Shown: positions 7,635-15,649 of the stretch, in pieces
How the letters are laid out: each line of letters opens with the position of its first letter
Numbering within the stretch: the stretch's first letter is position 1
Origin: a virus
Taxonomy: Duplodnaviria; Caudoviricetes
Reading direction: 5' to 3' (one strand)
DNA: 29,337 nucleotides
Virus record (IMG/VR): IMGVR_UViG_3300020045_001160
Coordinates: 1 to 29,337 of that record
The notes under the pieces: model-generated
Databases searched by the model: none
Seen by the model: the letters and a program-made list of their open reading frames with translations, nothing else
Told to the model about the DNA's origin: nothing
Position numbers and translations under genes: made by a program

Positions 7635-7948
7635 TTCGCAGCCTTTGTTTTGACTGGGGTTGCGACTTGCGCGACATCCAGCACAGGGATGGCAGCCACA
7701 GACTTCTGATACGGCATCCATTCGGCATAGTCGCCAGGGACGAGTCCATCATCTTGCAGCAGCACTACGTCACGCACAAAGTGATGCTTGCCAATGTGGT
7801 CAATGACTTCAAGATTGATATGCGTGTCGTCATGCACATAGATGACGGTCGCGGCGAGCGCTTGCTCGTTGTCGATCACATGAAAGTCATGCGTCAACGG
7901 CAAGCCGGGGCGAAACCAGACCTGACGGCCAATAGTTGGGATAATCAA
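7631..7948 (-). CDS. Conserved phage protein (PTIGRxVW family), function unknown
   Basis: 105 aa, PTIGRQVWFRP...QALAATVIYVH...INL.V.D..G...EWMPYQ; AGGAG RBS nearby. Confidence 0.7.
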   Translation of the reverse strand: MIIPTIGRQVWFRPGLPLTHDFHVIDNEQALAATVIYVHDDTHINLEVIDHIGKHHFVRDVVLLQDDGLVPGDYAEWMPYQKSVAAIPVLDVAQVATPVKTKAAK

Positions 7949-8011
7949 AATGTTCTCCTACAGAACCGCCCTGATAAAACCGCAGGGCACCGGATTTGAC
8001 GCACTATGCGT

Positions 8012-8194
8012 CTATTTCTCGTCTTTCTCCAGACCGCTAATGACTTCTTTCACGATGCCTATCAGCGAGTCCAATTCGCAATATTGCCCGAGTCGTTTTT
8101 GAAATGCAGCCCAATCACTGGGCGGGGAATCAAATACGGCGAGCGCCATTTCGGCGCGTCTCTCGATCAGCTTGCGATAAATTTCTTCCAGCAC
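8012..8194 (-). CDS. Small conserved head-module protein
   Basis: 60 aa helical protein (..DWAAFQKRLGQYCEL..), GTG start, just upstream of the GroES region. Confidence 0.6.
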   Translation of the reverse strand: MLEEIYRKLIERRAEMALAVFDSPPSDWAAFQKRLGQYCELDSLIGIVKEVISGLEKDEK

Positions 8195-8195
8195 T

Positions 8196-8378
8196 TCAGC
8201 ATTTGCCCTTGGTGATTCCGCCTTTTTTGTAGCCTGGAATGCCGTTGCTGCGTTTGGCCGTCTCCAGTGGAGAATCCTTCTTGCCAGACTTCAGAAACGG
8301 AACGGCGCCGCCAGCCTTGAATGCGGGCTTGAGCCCCATGGCCATCTGCTTGTGTTGTGGAATTGCTTGCGTTGCCAT
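8196..8378 (-). CDS. Small basic protein with repeated (F/Y)KxGG motifs
   Basis: 60 aa, FKAGG and YKKGG motifs, AGGAG RBS. Confidence 0.65.
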   Translation of the reverse strand: MATQAIPQHKQMAMGLKPAFKAGGAVPFLKSGKKDSPLETAKRSNGIPGYKKGGITKGKC

Positions 8379-8386
8379 GTCGTCTC

Positions 8387-8968
8387 CTAGAGGACAATTG
8401 CCAAAAGTAATAAATCTGAGTCTTCACGCTGAACCTGCTGTTGATAGTTTTTAGCTATCAACATAAAGTCGGTGATGGTATTTTGTGATTGTAATGCGTT
8501 TTGCAGCAAGGCCTGAATCATTTGTTGCGCGGCTACCGCATCGCCAGCCTGTGCCGTTAACTTGGCCACATCGCGCTCAGCCTGCTGCACCATCCGCTCA
8601 ATGCGCTGCTCAATTTCCTGTTCGTGCTGCTGCGCCACCTGTTCGGCCCGGCGCTTGGTGATGGCGCGGTGCTTCAGCTTGGGTTCAGCAACTTGAACAA
8701 CAGGCTTTTTGAAGGCCTCGGTGTAGTAGCCGATCAGCCATTGCCGACTGACACCGGACTTCGCGCTGCTTCCGGACACATAGGCCAGCGTGGCATTTCC
8801 GCCGCTCAGTGCATAGGCACCCGGCGCACAATCCATCGCATAGTTTGTCGCGGCAGGCGCATACGTCAGGACGGCATCTTGACCGCTTAGGGTGTAGCTG
8901 CCGGTCTCGCAGTCCAGCGCGTAATCGACTGCGCTACTGCCGCCAGTGAGCGCGAGCAGCAACGACAT
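8387..8968 (-). CDS. Putative virion appendage/adaptor protein
   Basis: Two internal repeats (YALDCETGSYTLSGQDAVLTY / YAMDCAPGAYALSGGNATLAY), a coiled coil and an acidic-hydrophobic C-terminus EDSDLLLLAIVL. Confidence 0.65.
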   Translation of the reverse strand: MSLLLALTGGSSAVDYALDCETGSYTLSGQDAVLTYAPAATNYAMDCAPGAYALSGGNATLAYVSGSSAKSGVSRQWLIGYYTEAFKKPVVQVAEPKLKHRAITKRRAEQVAQQHEQEIEQRIERMVQQAERDVAKLTAQAGDAVAAQQMIQALLQNALQSQNTITDFMLIAKNYQQQVQREDSDLLLLAIVL

Positions 8969-8972
8969 CTAA

Positions 8973-10460
8973 CTATTCCCATCCATAGACCGGCGTCACG
9001 CGATGTACGACCGCGCCCGTGGTGCCAGCCGTGCCGATGTGGCGCGTGCAGAGCTGAAGGAATTCGCCGGGGTTGATGAACACCGGGGCATCACCAAAAT
9101 CGACAAAATTGACGTTCTGCACAACTTGGGTTTGCACCGCTTGAGCCAGTGTGACCTGCTGCACAAAAGGCAGCGCGATACGTCGTGGCGCTTTGGTGGC
9201 TGCTGCTTCGGCGGTGGCCAATGACACGGCTGTGTGACCAAACGCCAGAAACCATTCTGCGGTGTAGGGGCCGCCGACCACAACAGTCTGCACGTAGCTG
9301 GACAAATACAGGCCGCGCAACACCAGACGCCGCCCTAGGGCAATGGCTGTGCCAACGGGGACTTGGTAGCTCATGACGATGCCGTCAGTGTTGGCAGCCA
9401 GCGAGACGGTTTCCCAGAACGTGCCGCCCAAGCCAGAACCCAGCGCCGCAGTGGTCGTGGTTGGGACCGCTGCGGTAACGTTGGCTTCATTACCGGTAGT
9501 GATGGTGCCCACGCGGGCGGCTGTGCCCATGGTGCCGCCACTCAGTCCCTGATAAGCGCCATACATGCGGTTGCCCTGCGTTGACAACGTGGTCATCAGC
9601 ATGGGGCCTCCGATGCGCACGTTGTAACGCGCCAGCTGGAAATTCTGCACACCCGAGGCCGCACCGCCGACGATGGCATGGCGCACCGACACCGGCAACG
9701 CCGATGCCGCACAGGGCTGACCATTGCCGGATGGCGTATCCAGCGATCCGTACAAATTCACATTCCCTGCGTCGTTAATCCAAAACGTAACCCGGCGAGG
9801 CGTAATGTACAGAATGAACTGGTACTTTCTGTTGTTAGTGTAGGCCCAGGGAGATCCACCTGCAGTGGACAAAAACACACTGGTGGTAGTTTCCGTGCCG
9901 TTGTAGTTGACAACGCCCTGCAACCCGGCCGACGTCATGCGAAAGTAAGCGCCATCGGTCGGGGCGTAGGGATTGGCCGCGCCGCGCAGGAATCCGCCAA
10001 AATCAATCACGGTATTTGTCACGGGCTGCGCCGAAAACGAGCCCCCGATGTCAATACTCAGTGTGCTGGTGCCGATGATCGGGAAGAATGCGTACGTGCC
10101 AAACGAGGTGCCCGTGGTCGTGGTCGTGATGTTCGCCCCGTTGGTGCTCATCGCCCCAGTGGCCCAAACATTGGTCATCGTGGTGTTGGCATAGCTATGC
10201 TTGCCGGTGTTCTGCGCCGTGTAGCAGAAGTTTTCCTCGTCGTACATGGTGTCGCTTGCGGATCGTGCGCGGTAGTCGTCATCCACCTCGTTCGACAGCA
10301 TGTAAACGTCGCCCGTGACTGCGCCCGGGTCATTTTCAGAGAACGTTCGCACGCCGCCCATGTACACCGGGTCTTGTGGCAGTGCCACAGTGAGATTGCG
10401 TGCGGCATCCACTTGGGCGATGATGCCCGAGTAGCCAGTGAGATTGGTGTCCATTACCAT
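8973..10460 (-). CDS. Large beta-rich putative virion appendage (head fibre/lectin-like) protein
   Basis: 495 aa Thr/Gly/aromatic-rich ORF with an AGGA RBS in the structural operon. Confidence 0.7.
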   Translation of the reverse strand: MVMDTNLTGYSGIIAQVDAARNLTVALPQDPVYMGGVRTFSENDPGAVTGDVYMLSNEVDDDYRARSASDTMYDEENFCYTAQNTGKHSYANTTMTNVWATGAMSTNGANITTTTTGTSFGTYAFFPIIGTSTLSIDIGGSFSAQPVTNTVIDFGGFLRGAANPYAPTDGAYFRMTSAGLQGVVNYNGTETTTSVFLSTAGGSPWAYTNNRKYQFILYITPRRVTFWINDAGNVNLYGSLDTPSGNGQPCAASALPVSVRHAIVGGAASGVQNFQLARYNVRIGGPMLMTTLSTQGNRMYGAYQGLSGGTMGTAARVGTITTGNEANVTAAVPTTTTAALGSGLGGTFWETVSLAANTDGIVMSYQVPVGTAIALGRRLVLRGLYLSSYVQTVVVGGPYTAEWFLAFGHTAVSLATAEAAATKAPRRIALPFVQQVTLAQAVQTQVVQNVNFVDFGDAPVFINPGEFLQLCTRHIGTAGTTGAVVHRVTPVYGWE

Positions 10461-10469
10461 GTTTTTTCC

Positions 10470-10763
10470 TTAAGATGCCCACACCCAACGCAGGGCGAAT
10501 TTGCCTTGTAAATGATGGGTGCTGCGAGCGTGAATCGTAAAACCGGTGGCGGTCGTCGGTGTGCCGCAAGTCAGCGCGACGAACAGCGGGAAATATTGAT
10601 GATCGGCGGCGGTATGGTCGACAGTCGTGTCGTCACCCATCACCCATGCCTCGCATTTGCTGGTGTCGGTGATCTCGGTTTGCCCTGTGACGGCCACATT
10701 AGCCTCTTGCGTGCCAGGGAACGCGCCAAAGTCGATTTCGGCTGTGCCGGTTGCGGTTGCCAT
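10470..10763 (-). CDS. Small beta-rich structural protein
   Basis: 97 aa, G.A.IDFGAFPG...GFTI...G.F.LRWVW; its ATG overlaps the TGA of a relic gene end. Confidence 0.7.
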   Translation of the reverse strand: MATATGTAEIDFGAFPGTQEANVAVTGQTEITDTSKCEAWVMGDDTTVDHTAADHQYFPLFVALTCGTPTTATGFTIHARSTHHLQGKFALRWVWAS

Positions 10764-10813
10764 CAGGTGATCGTCAGTGTGCCACCCGACTGTTTGCAGG
10801 CAGTGAATGTCTT
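10763..10813 (-). pseudogene. Relic original 3' end of the 11468-11887 gene
   Basis: Reads KTFTACKQSGGTLTIT-stop, paralleling the current end DTFTPVLDPGNGVLTIT-stop; the stop overlaps the next ATG (TGATG). Confidence 0.6.
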
Positions 10814-10849
10814 GTTAAAATAAGTCTTATTTAAATATAAGGTGTCCAT

Positions 10850-11503
10850 ATGGTAGCAATTGATTTGACTGGTAAAAAATTCGGACGGTTAACTATACTG
10901 TCTCGCTCTGAAAATTCAAAGCAAGGTCAGGCAATGTGGTTGTGCTTATGTGACTGTGGAAACAAGCACACTGTAAAAAGCATAATTCTTCGTAGAGGGA
11001 TTTCAAAATCTTGCGGATGTTTGGAAATTGAGTCGAGACACACGAATCACAGAACCCATGGCCACACTTCAAAAGGAACTTCTCCGACATTCCACTCATG
11101 GTCTGGGATGATGAATCGATGTACCAATGAAACCCACATAAGTTTTCATAGATACGGCGGCAGAGGGATAACAGTGACACCACGTTGGCACAATTTTCAG
11201 AACTTTTTGGACGATATGGGAGTTAAACCAAAAGGACTCAGTCTTGATCGAATAAACAACTCCCTCCCATATTCTCATGAAAACTGTAGATGGGCCACCG
11301 CAACGCAACAAGCCAGAAACAAAACGACCAATCATTTGCTTACTCATAACGAAGAAACAAAATGCCTCCAAGAATGGGCGAACATGCTTGGCATCAGTAG
11401 CAGCAGTTTGAGTTGCAGGTTGAATTCCGGATGGTCTTTGCATGATGCTTTAACTATAAAAAAACAATCAAGTAATCGTAAGCACACCATTTCCGGGATC
11501 TAA
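10850..11503 (+). CDS. HNH homing endonuclease, inserted antisense in the structural operon
   Basis: DLTGKKFGRLT...WLCLCDCG...SCGC...RYGGRGITV..RW..F.NFL.DMG..P...SLDRINN...YS.ENCRWAT...QARN; AT-rich relative to its flanks. Confidence 0.9.
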   Translation: MVAIDLTGKKFGRLTILSRSENSKQGQAMWLCLCDCGNKHTVKSIILRRGISKSCGCLEIESRHTNHRTHGHTSKGTSPTFHSWSGMMNRCTNETHISFHRYGGRGITVTPRWHNFQNFLDDMGVKPKGLSLDRINNSLPYSHENCRWATATQQARNKTTNHLLTHNEETKCLQEWANMLGISSSSLSCRLNSGWSLHDALTIKKQSSNRKHTISGI

Positions 11504-11887
11504 AACAGGCGTGAACGTGTCAGCACTGGCCATAACCACCGTGCTGCCGTAATCCCAGTAGCCGATGCACTGCGTGTTGGTCAGTTTGTACAAGATGATA
11601 TATCTGAACGTGAAGCCACCGCCCGATGCGGTCCAGGTCGGCGCAGCAGGCGCAGAAAGAATCAGCTTGTACACGCCGCCAGTTTGAAGACTCGATGTCA
11701 CCGTGCAGGCAACTCCGCCTGCGGTATAGCCGCCCGATGTGCCGAGTTCTGTCGCACTGGCGGCTGTGGTGTCGGTGGCAACATTGGGTGCCGTGTTGGA
11801 CAGGATCAGCGTCCAGCTGTCGGTGCCAGCGTTGCCGCCTTCGGCCAGGACTTCAACGCCCTTCTGGTATTTGACGAAAGTAGCGAT
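11468..11887 (-). CDS. Structural protein (139 aa), apparent ATC start
   Basis: The frame stays open upstream of the track ORF: (I)ATFVKYQKGVEVLAEGGNAGTDSWTLILSNTAP...GYTAGG...FRY..LY...IGYWDYGS; GGGGA Shine-Dalgarno 5 nt before ATC at 11887. Confidence 0.7.
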   Translation of the reverse strand: MATFVKYQKGVEVLAEGGNAGTDSWTLILSNTAPNVATDTTAASATELGTSGGYTAGGVACTVTSSLQTGGVYKLILSAPAAPTWTASGGGFTFRYIILYKLTNTQCIGYWDYGSTVVMASADTFTPVLDPGNGVLTIT

Positions 11888-11899
11888 AAGGTTCCCCGG

Positions 11900-14683
11900 T
11901 TATTGCTTGGTGACCGACTCGACGCCGATGTTGTTGCCCAACTCATCCTTGATGTAGCGGGCGATTCTCGGGGCTTGGTGCGCAGCGTGCAGGTTGGACA
12001 GGCCATCGTCGAGCTTGTTGACCAGCATCTGCGTGTGGGCTTGGATCTCCTGCGCCAGTGGCTGCATGAGGGCACCGATGTCGATGTTCACCGGCTGGAA
12101 GCTCGCGGCCTGCGATTTCAATGTCTCAGTCAGGACGATCATTTGCGCCTCGTTATCAGCTTGGCGCTGCTGCTGCGCGGCTTGCGCGTCAATCTCGCGT
12201 TGCTGGCGCTGCTCATCGGTATCGGCCCTGAACTGCGCCAAGCCGGCTTGCACGTCAAGCGCATGCTTCTCGATGGTCGTTGCCATGACAGTGGCGCGGT
12301 CGTTCTGATCAAGCTCGTCCTGATGCTCGGCCTGCTGTTGGGCGATCTCCTGCGCTTGAAACTGCAGTTTGAAGGCATGTTCCTTGTCCAGCGAGGATGA
12401 TTTTTCGGCGAGTCGCATCTGCTCAATCGCTTTGTTGCCTTCGATTTGCGCCATCACAGCCGGGTCCATCGGTGGCTTCGGTGCGAACTGCTGCGCGAGC
12501 TTCTGTGCCTGCTGCATGGCGGGCATGATCATCGGACCCAGCAAATTAGCCATCATCTGGTCGGCGAACGCGGCCCCCTTGGACTCGGCCTGGGCGCGTG
12601 TGATCGGCTGGCCCATGGCTGGACCCATCATTTCCATCGCATCCGCTGCCCCTGCCGTATGCTTGCGGTAGAAGTTCATCAGGTGGTCTTTGATGTGCCC
12701 CATCATCGGGCCAAAGGCCAGCACACCGATCAATGGATTCGCGCCGAACATCGGGCTGACCAAGAAATTAAGGTGCGTTTCCAAGTGCGCCACATCGTCC
12801 TGCTCGCGGTAGACCTTGATCGGTCCAGGCTCTTCGCTGCACACCAGATAATTTTCATCCAGCGCACCGAGCCGCTTCGGGTCTTTCGGCAGGTCTGCCA
12901 GGTCTTCGGGTGAACTGATCTGCAACAGGCGCAAGGCACGTTGCAGCAATCGGTCCCCCTTGAAGAAGGGTTTGAATGTCGGGTTGTCGGACAACTGCAT
13001 GACGGCCTGCAACTGGGCATAGCGTTGGGCTTCGCTGAAGATGTTGGGGTCGCTGACCGGGATGATGTCCATCGGACCTTGGAAGTCCTGCCGCGACACC
13101 ACCAGCTCACCAAGCTCTTCAATGGTCTCTTCGTCCGTCATGTTTTCCGCATCCAAGCGGTGCAGGATCTCCAGCTCGCGCTTTAGGGATGCATGACAGC
13201 GCGCATGAATCGCGGAGAAATTGACGGAACCATGTTCGATCAGGGCCAGCGCTGTGCCCACCGGCATATTTGCGCCCGCATCGGCAATCTTTTCCGACGC
13301 GGTGCTGATGACGCCTTCGGCCTGATTCGTCAGCCATTCCAGCAAGCTGAACAGAACCGGCGATGGCCCAGCGAAGGGGAAGGGCATCACTAACTTGCGG
13401 ATGTCATCCACCCCGGCCGGTGCATCGATTTCGGCCAGCTCGGTTGCATTGACCTGAATCGACTGCCCCGCTGTGCGCCCGCCCTTGAGCTTGAGGCCGC
13501 CGGGGAAGTTACTGATGTGCGCGCTGTCCATCAAAGCCCGCAAAGCCCCGGTGCCGCCCGCCGACAATGAACCAATCAGGTGATACAGCCCAACCCCCAT
13601 CGCGCCACGCCACGGGATGAACTTGTATTCGACCATCCAATGCTTTTTTGCGTAGCTGTCGTCGTCTTCCGCCCAATTTCGGTACAGACCCAGCACGCGC
13701 TGCGTGTTGTTTTCGATATGCAGGATGTAGGGGGCAGAACGGCCTTCGCCCTCCTGCCCGTCAATCTCCAGATCCACATAAATCTGGTAAATCTCGCGCT
13801 GGCCTTCCTCGTTGTAAGCGGCGTCTTCTTCCTTGCCTTCAACCTTGTCGGTGGCCTTTTTAGCGTCCGACTGATCCGACCATCCCACCGTCGGCGCAGA
13901 CAGGCTAAGGTCCCGGTACAGACCGGAATCAATGCGCGCATCGTATTCATCGCAACTCACCCACTGCCGGTGCGTGACGCGGTACGAGGTGTAAAAGTCG
14001 GATTGCGAGTATGGAAGGAACACGTCGTCAACGTAGACGGTCTCGGTGCGCGGGCGCTCCAGCACGCTATCCCACCACCAGCGCTTATATTGACTGCCGC
14101 CCAGTGGCAACTGGCTTAACAGGTTCTCGAACTCGGCGCGCTGCTCGGCCACGCGGGTCGTGAGCTGCCAGTTCATGTACTGCTTCTTGCGCTCGGCCTT
14201 GTCGATCTTGACATCATTCGATTCGCCAATGATCTGCGTCTTGCACGGGCCAGCGGCTGGAAACAGTTCCTTGATGGCCCGCGAAGCGAAGTCCACGCAA
14301 CCCTTGGCCAGCATCGGATGCACCGCCTTGGACGCGCCATCGAAAGCAGCGCCACCCGGTGAATCGTTTCCTAGTCCAGTTCGGCGGATGCCTTCTGCAT
14401 ACTGCTTGTCGCGTGCGGCGCGCGAGCTTCTGTCTGACTCCACCAACTCGGCAATGTCAAGCCCCATTCTTTGCAGGTCGTCTTCATCCAGGATTGTTGC
14501 CAGATTGGCGCCAAACTCTGCACTTTCATATTCTTCATCGTCGTTTTCATCGCCAAAATCTACGAGCGCGCTGCCGTCTTCATTCTCCGTGATGGCATAA
14601 CCTGAACCCTCTAATTCATCGTCGATGATAGATTTTTTCAATGATTCAGGCGCAACTAGGCCGGTTTCGAGCGGATTTTCCAT
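11900..14683 (-). CDS. Portal protein with long Gln-rich C-terminal extension
   Basis: 927 aa; F.ANLA, GAS...HP.LA...V.F..RA..ELFPA.GP, GLYHLIG, PVGT.LALIE, IIPVSDPN motifs; downstream of terL. Confidence 0.9.
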   Translation of the reverse strand: MENPLETGLVAPESLKKSIIDDELEGSGYAITENEDGSALVDFGDENDDEEYESAEFGANLATILDEDDLQRMGLDIAELVESDRSSRAARDKQYAEGIRRTGLGNDSPGGAAFDGASKAVHPMLAKGCVDFASRAIKELFPAAGPCKTQIIGESNDVKIDKAERKKQYMNWQLTTRVAEQRAEFENLLSQLPLGGSQYKRWWWDSVLERPRTETVYVDDVFLPYSQSDFYTSYRVTHRQWVSCDEYDARIDSGLYRDLSLSAPTVGWSDQSDAKKATDKVEGKEEDAAYNEEGQREIYQIYVDLEIDGQEGEGRSAPYILHIENNTQRVLGLYRNWAEDDDSYAKKHWMVEYKFIPWRGAMGVGLYHLIGSLSAGGTGALRALMDSAHISNFPGGLKLKGGRTAGQSIQVNATELAEIDAPAGVDDIRKLVMPFPFAGPSPVLFSLLEWLTNQAEGVISTASEKIADAGANMPVGTALALIEHGSVNFSAIHARCHASLKRELEILHRLDAENMTDEETIEELGELVVSRQDFQGPMDIIPVSDPNIFSEAQRYAQLQAVMQLSDNPTFKPFFKGDRLLQRALRLLQISSPEDLADLPKDPKRLGALDENYLVCSEEPGPIKVYREQDDVAHLETHLNFLVSPMFGANPLIGVLAFGPMMGHIKDHLMNFYRKHTAGAADAMEMMGPAMGQPITRAQAESKGAAFADQMMANLLGPMIMPAMQQAQKLAQQFAPKPPMDPAVMAQIEGNKAIEQMRLAEKSSSLDKEHAFKLQFQAQEIAQQQAEHQDELDQNDRATVMATTIEKHALDVQAGLAQFRADTDEQRQQREIDAQAAQQQRQADNEAQMIVLTETLKSQAASFQPVNIDIGALMQPLAQEIQAHTQMLVNKLDDGLSNLHAAHQAPRIARYIKDELGNNIGVESVTKQ

Positions 14684-14708
14684 AAGTGGCGGGGTTCCTT
14701 TTATGTAG

Positions 14709-14728
14709 ATTATAGGTAAAACCTATCG
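14709..14728 (-). promoter_or_regulatory. Putative late promoter motif CGATAG-N5-ACCTATAAT (copy 2)
   Basis: TATAAT upstream of the portal RBS (AAAGGA), embedded in a nested palindrome ATGTAGA..ATAGGT-ttt-ACCTAT..TCTACAT. Confidence 0.5.
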
Positions 14729-14740
14729 CGCACGTCTACA

Positions 14741-15625
14741 TTAAGCCTGGTATGCGTGCTGGCTGCCAGAAGTGTTCGCACGCGCTGTCTGCGTCAGGGC
14801 CCCGGCAGTCGGCTTGCTGCCCATGAAGCCCGACATGGCGCTGTTGACGTCGCCAGCCTGCGCATTGACCGCGCCCGCGATATTGCTGCCCACCGCCTTG
14901 CTAAGGCCCGTCATGTTGCCCACCGCCCCGACCACGGCCGACGGCACGCCAAACGCACTGGCCAACGCCGATGTGCCGAGGCCTACCGCCGTATCGCCCA
15001 CGCCTTTGCCAATGTTGCCATTCACCAGTCCCGACACCAATGACGAAGGGATGCCAAGTGCCTGCGCCAATGCATTCACTGCAGCTTGAGTCCCGACGCC
15101 TTTTGCCACGTCGCCAAAGCTGCCTGCTGTGTTTGCCATCTTCGCCAGGCCCATCGCCAAGCCGTATCCAGGCACCGCAGCTGACGCAATCATTGGCGCA
15201 TAACCCAGCATGGTCGCCAAGTTTTGCGCCGCCACCATTTCAGCCGCTGATTGCGTCAGGTTTTCCGGGTTCATGCCCTGAAGGTCGCCAAAGCCTGCAT
15301 CGTTCAGTTCTGCTGCCGTCAGTCCCGTGGATTCTGGTTGCTCATAGCCGGTTCCATTCTGATAGCCCGATTCGTAACCTGCGTCATTGCCAGGCGTCGC
15401 GCCGACGTTCTCGCTGCTGCCCGTGGTGTAACCGCCGTAACTTCCAGCGCCATCGGAGCCGTCAGAACCGCCCGTAGTGCTGCTGTCACCGCCATCGCTG
15501 CCGCCATAGCCTGCGCTGTAACCTCCGCCGCCATAACCACCGTAGCCGCCTCCACCGTCGCTGTCACCGCCCTCATTGCAAGGGTTATGCCCGAGCGCCT
15601 GCTGTTTGAGTTGGTTGATGTTCAT
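14741..15625 (-). CDS. Gly/Ala-rich protein, possible internal virion/ejection protein
   Basis: 294 aa, G/S/D/Y low-complexity N-half and hydrophobic glycine-zipper-like C-half. Confidence 0.65.
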   Translation of the reverse strand: MNINQLKQQALGHNPCNEGGDSDGGGGYGGYGGGGYSAGYGGSDGGDSSTTGGSDGSDGAGSYGGYTTGSSENVGATPGNDAGYESGYQNGTGYEQPESTGLTAAELNDAGFGDLQGMNPENLTQSAAEMVAAQNLATMLGYAPMIASAAVPGYGLAMGLAKMANTAGSFGDVAKGVGTQAAVNALAQALGIPSSLVSGLVNGNIGKGVGDTAVGLGTSALASAFGVPSAVVGAVGNMTGLSKAVGSNIAGAVNAQAGDVNSAMSGFMGSKPTAGALTQTARANTSGSQHAYQA

Positions 15626-15649
15626 GGTGTGGCTTTCGTAAATGTTGCG

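Noticed and set aside
7635-7721. Longer N-terminus for GroES (track start 7721)
   Set aside because: It overlaps the upstream gene out of frame; ATG 7634 gives a standard ATGA coupling.
10800-11510. Group I intron housing the HNH gene
   Set aside because: The HNH is antisense with under 50 nt of flanking non-coding DNA, leaving no room for a ribozyme core, and the host gene already has a complete end.
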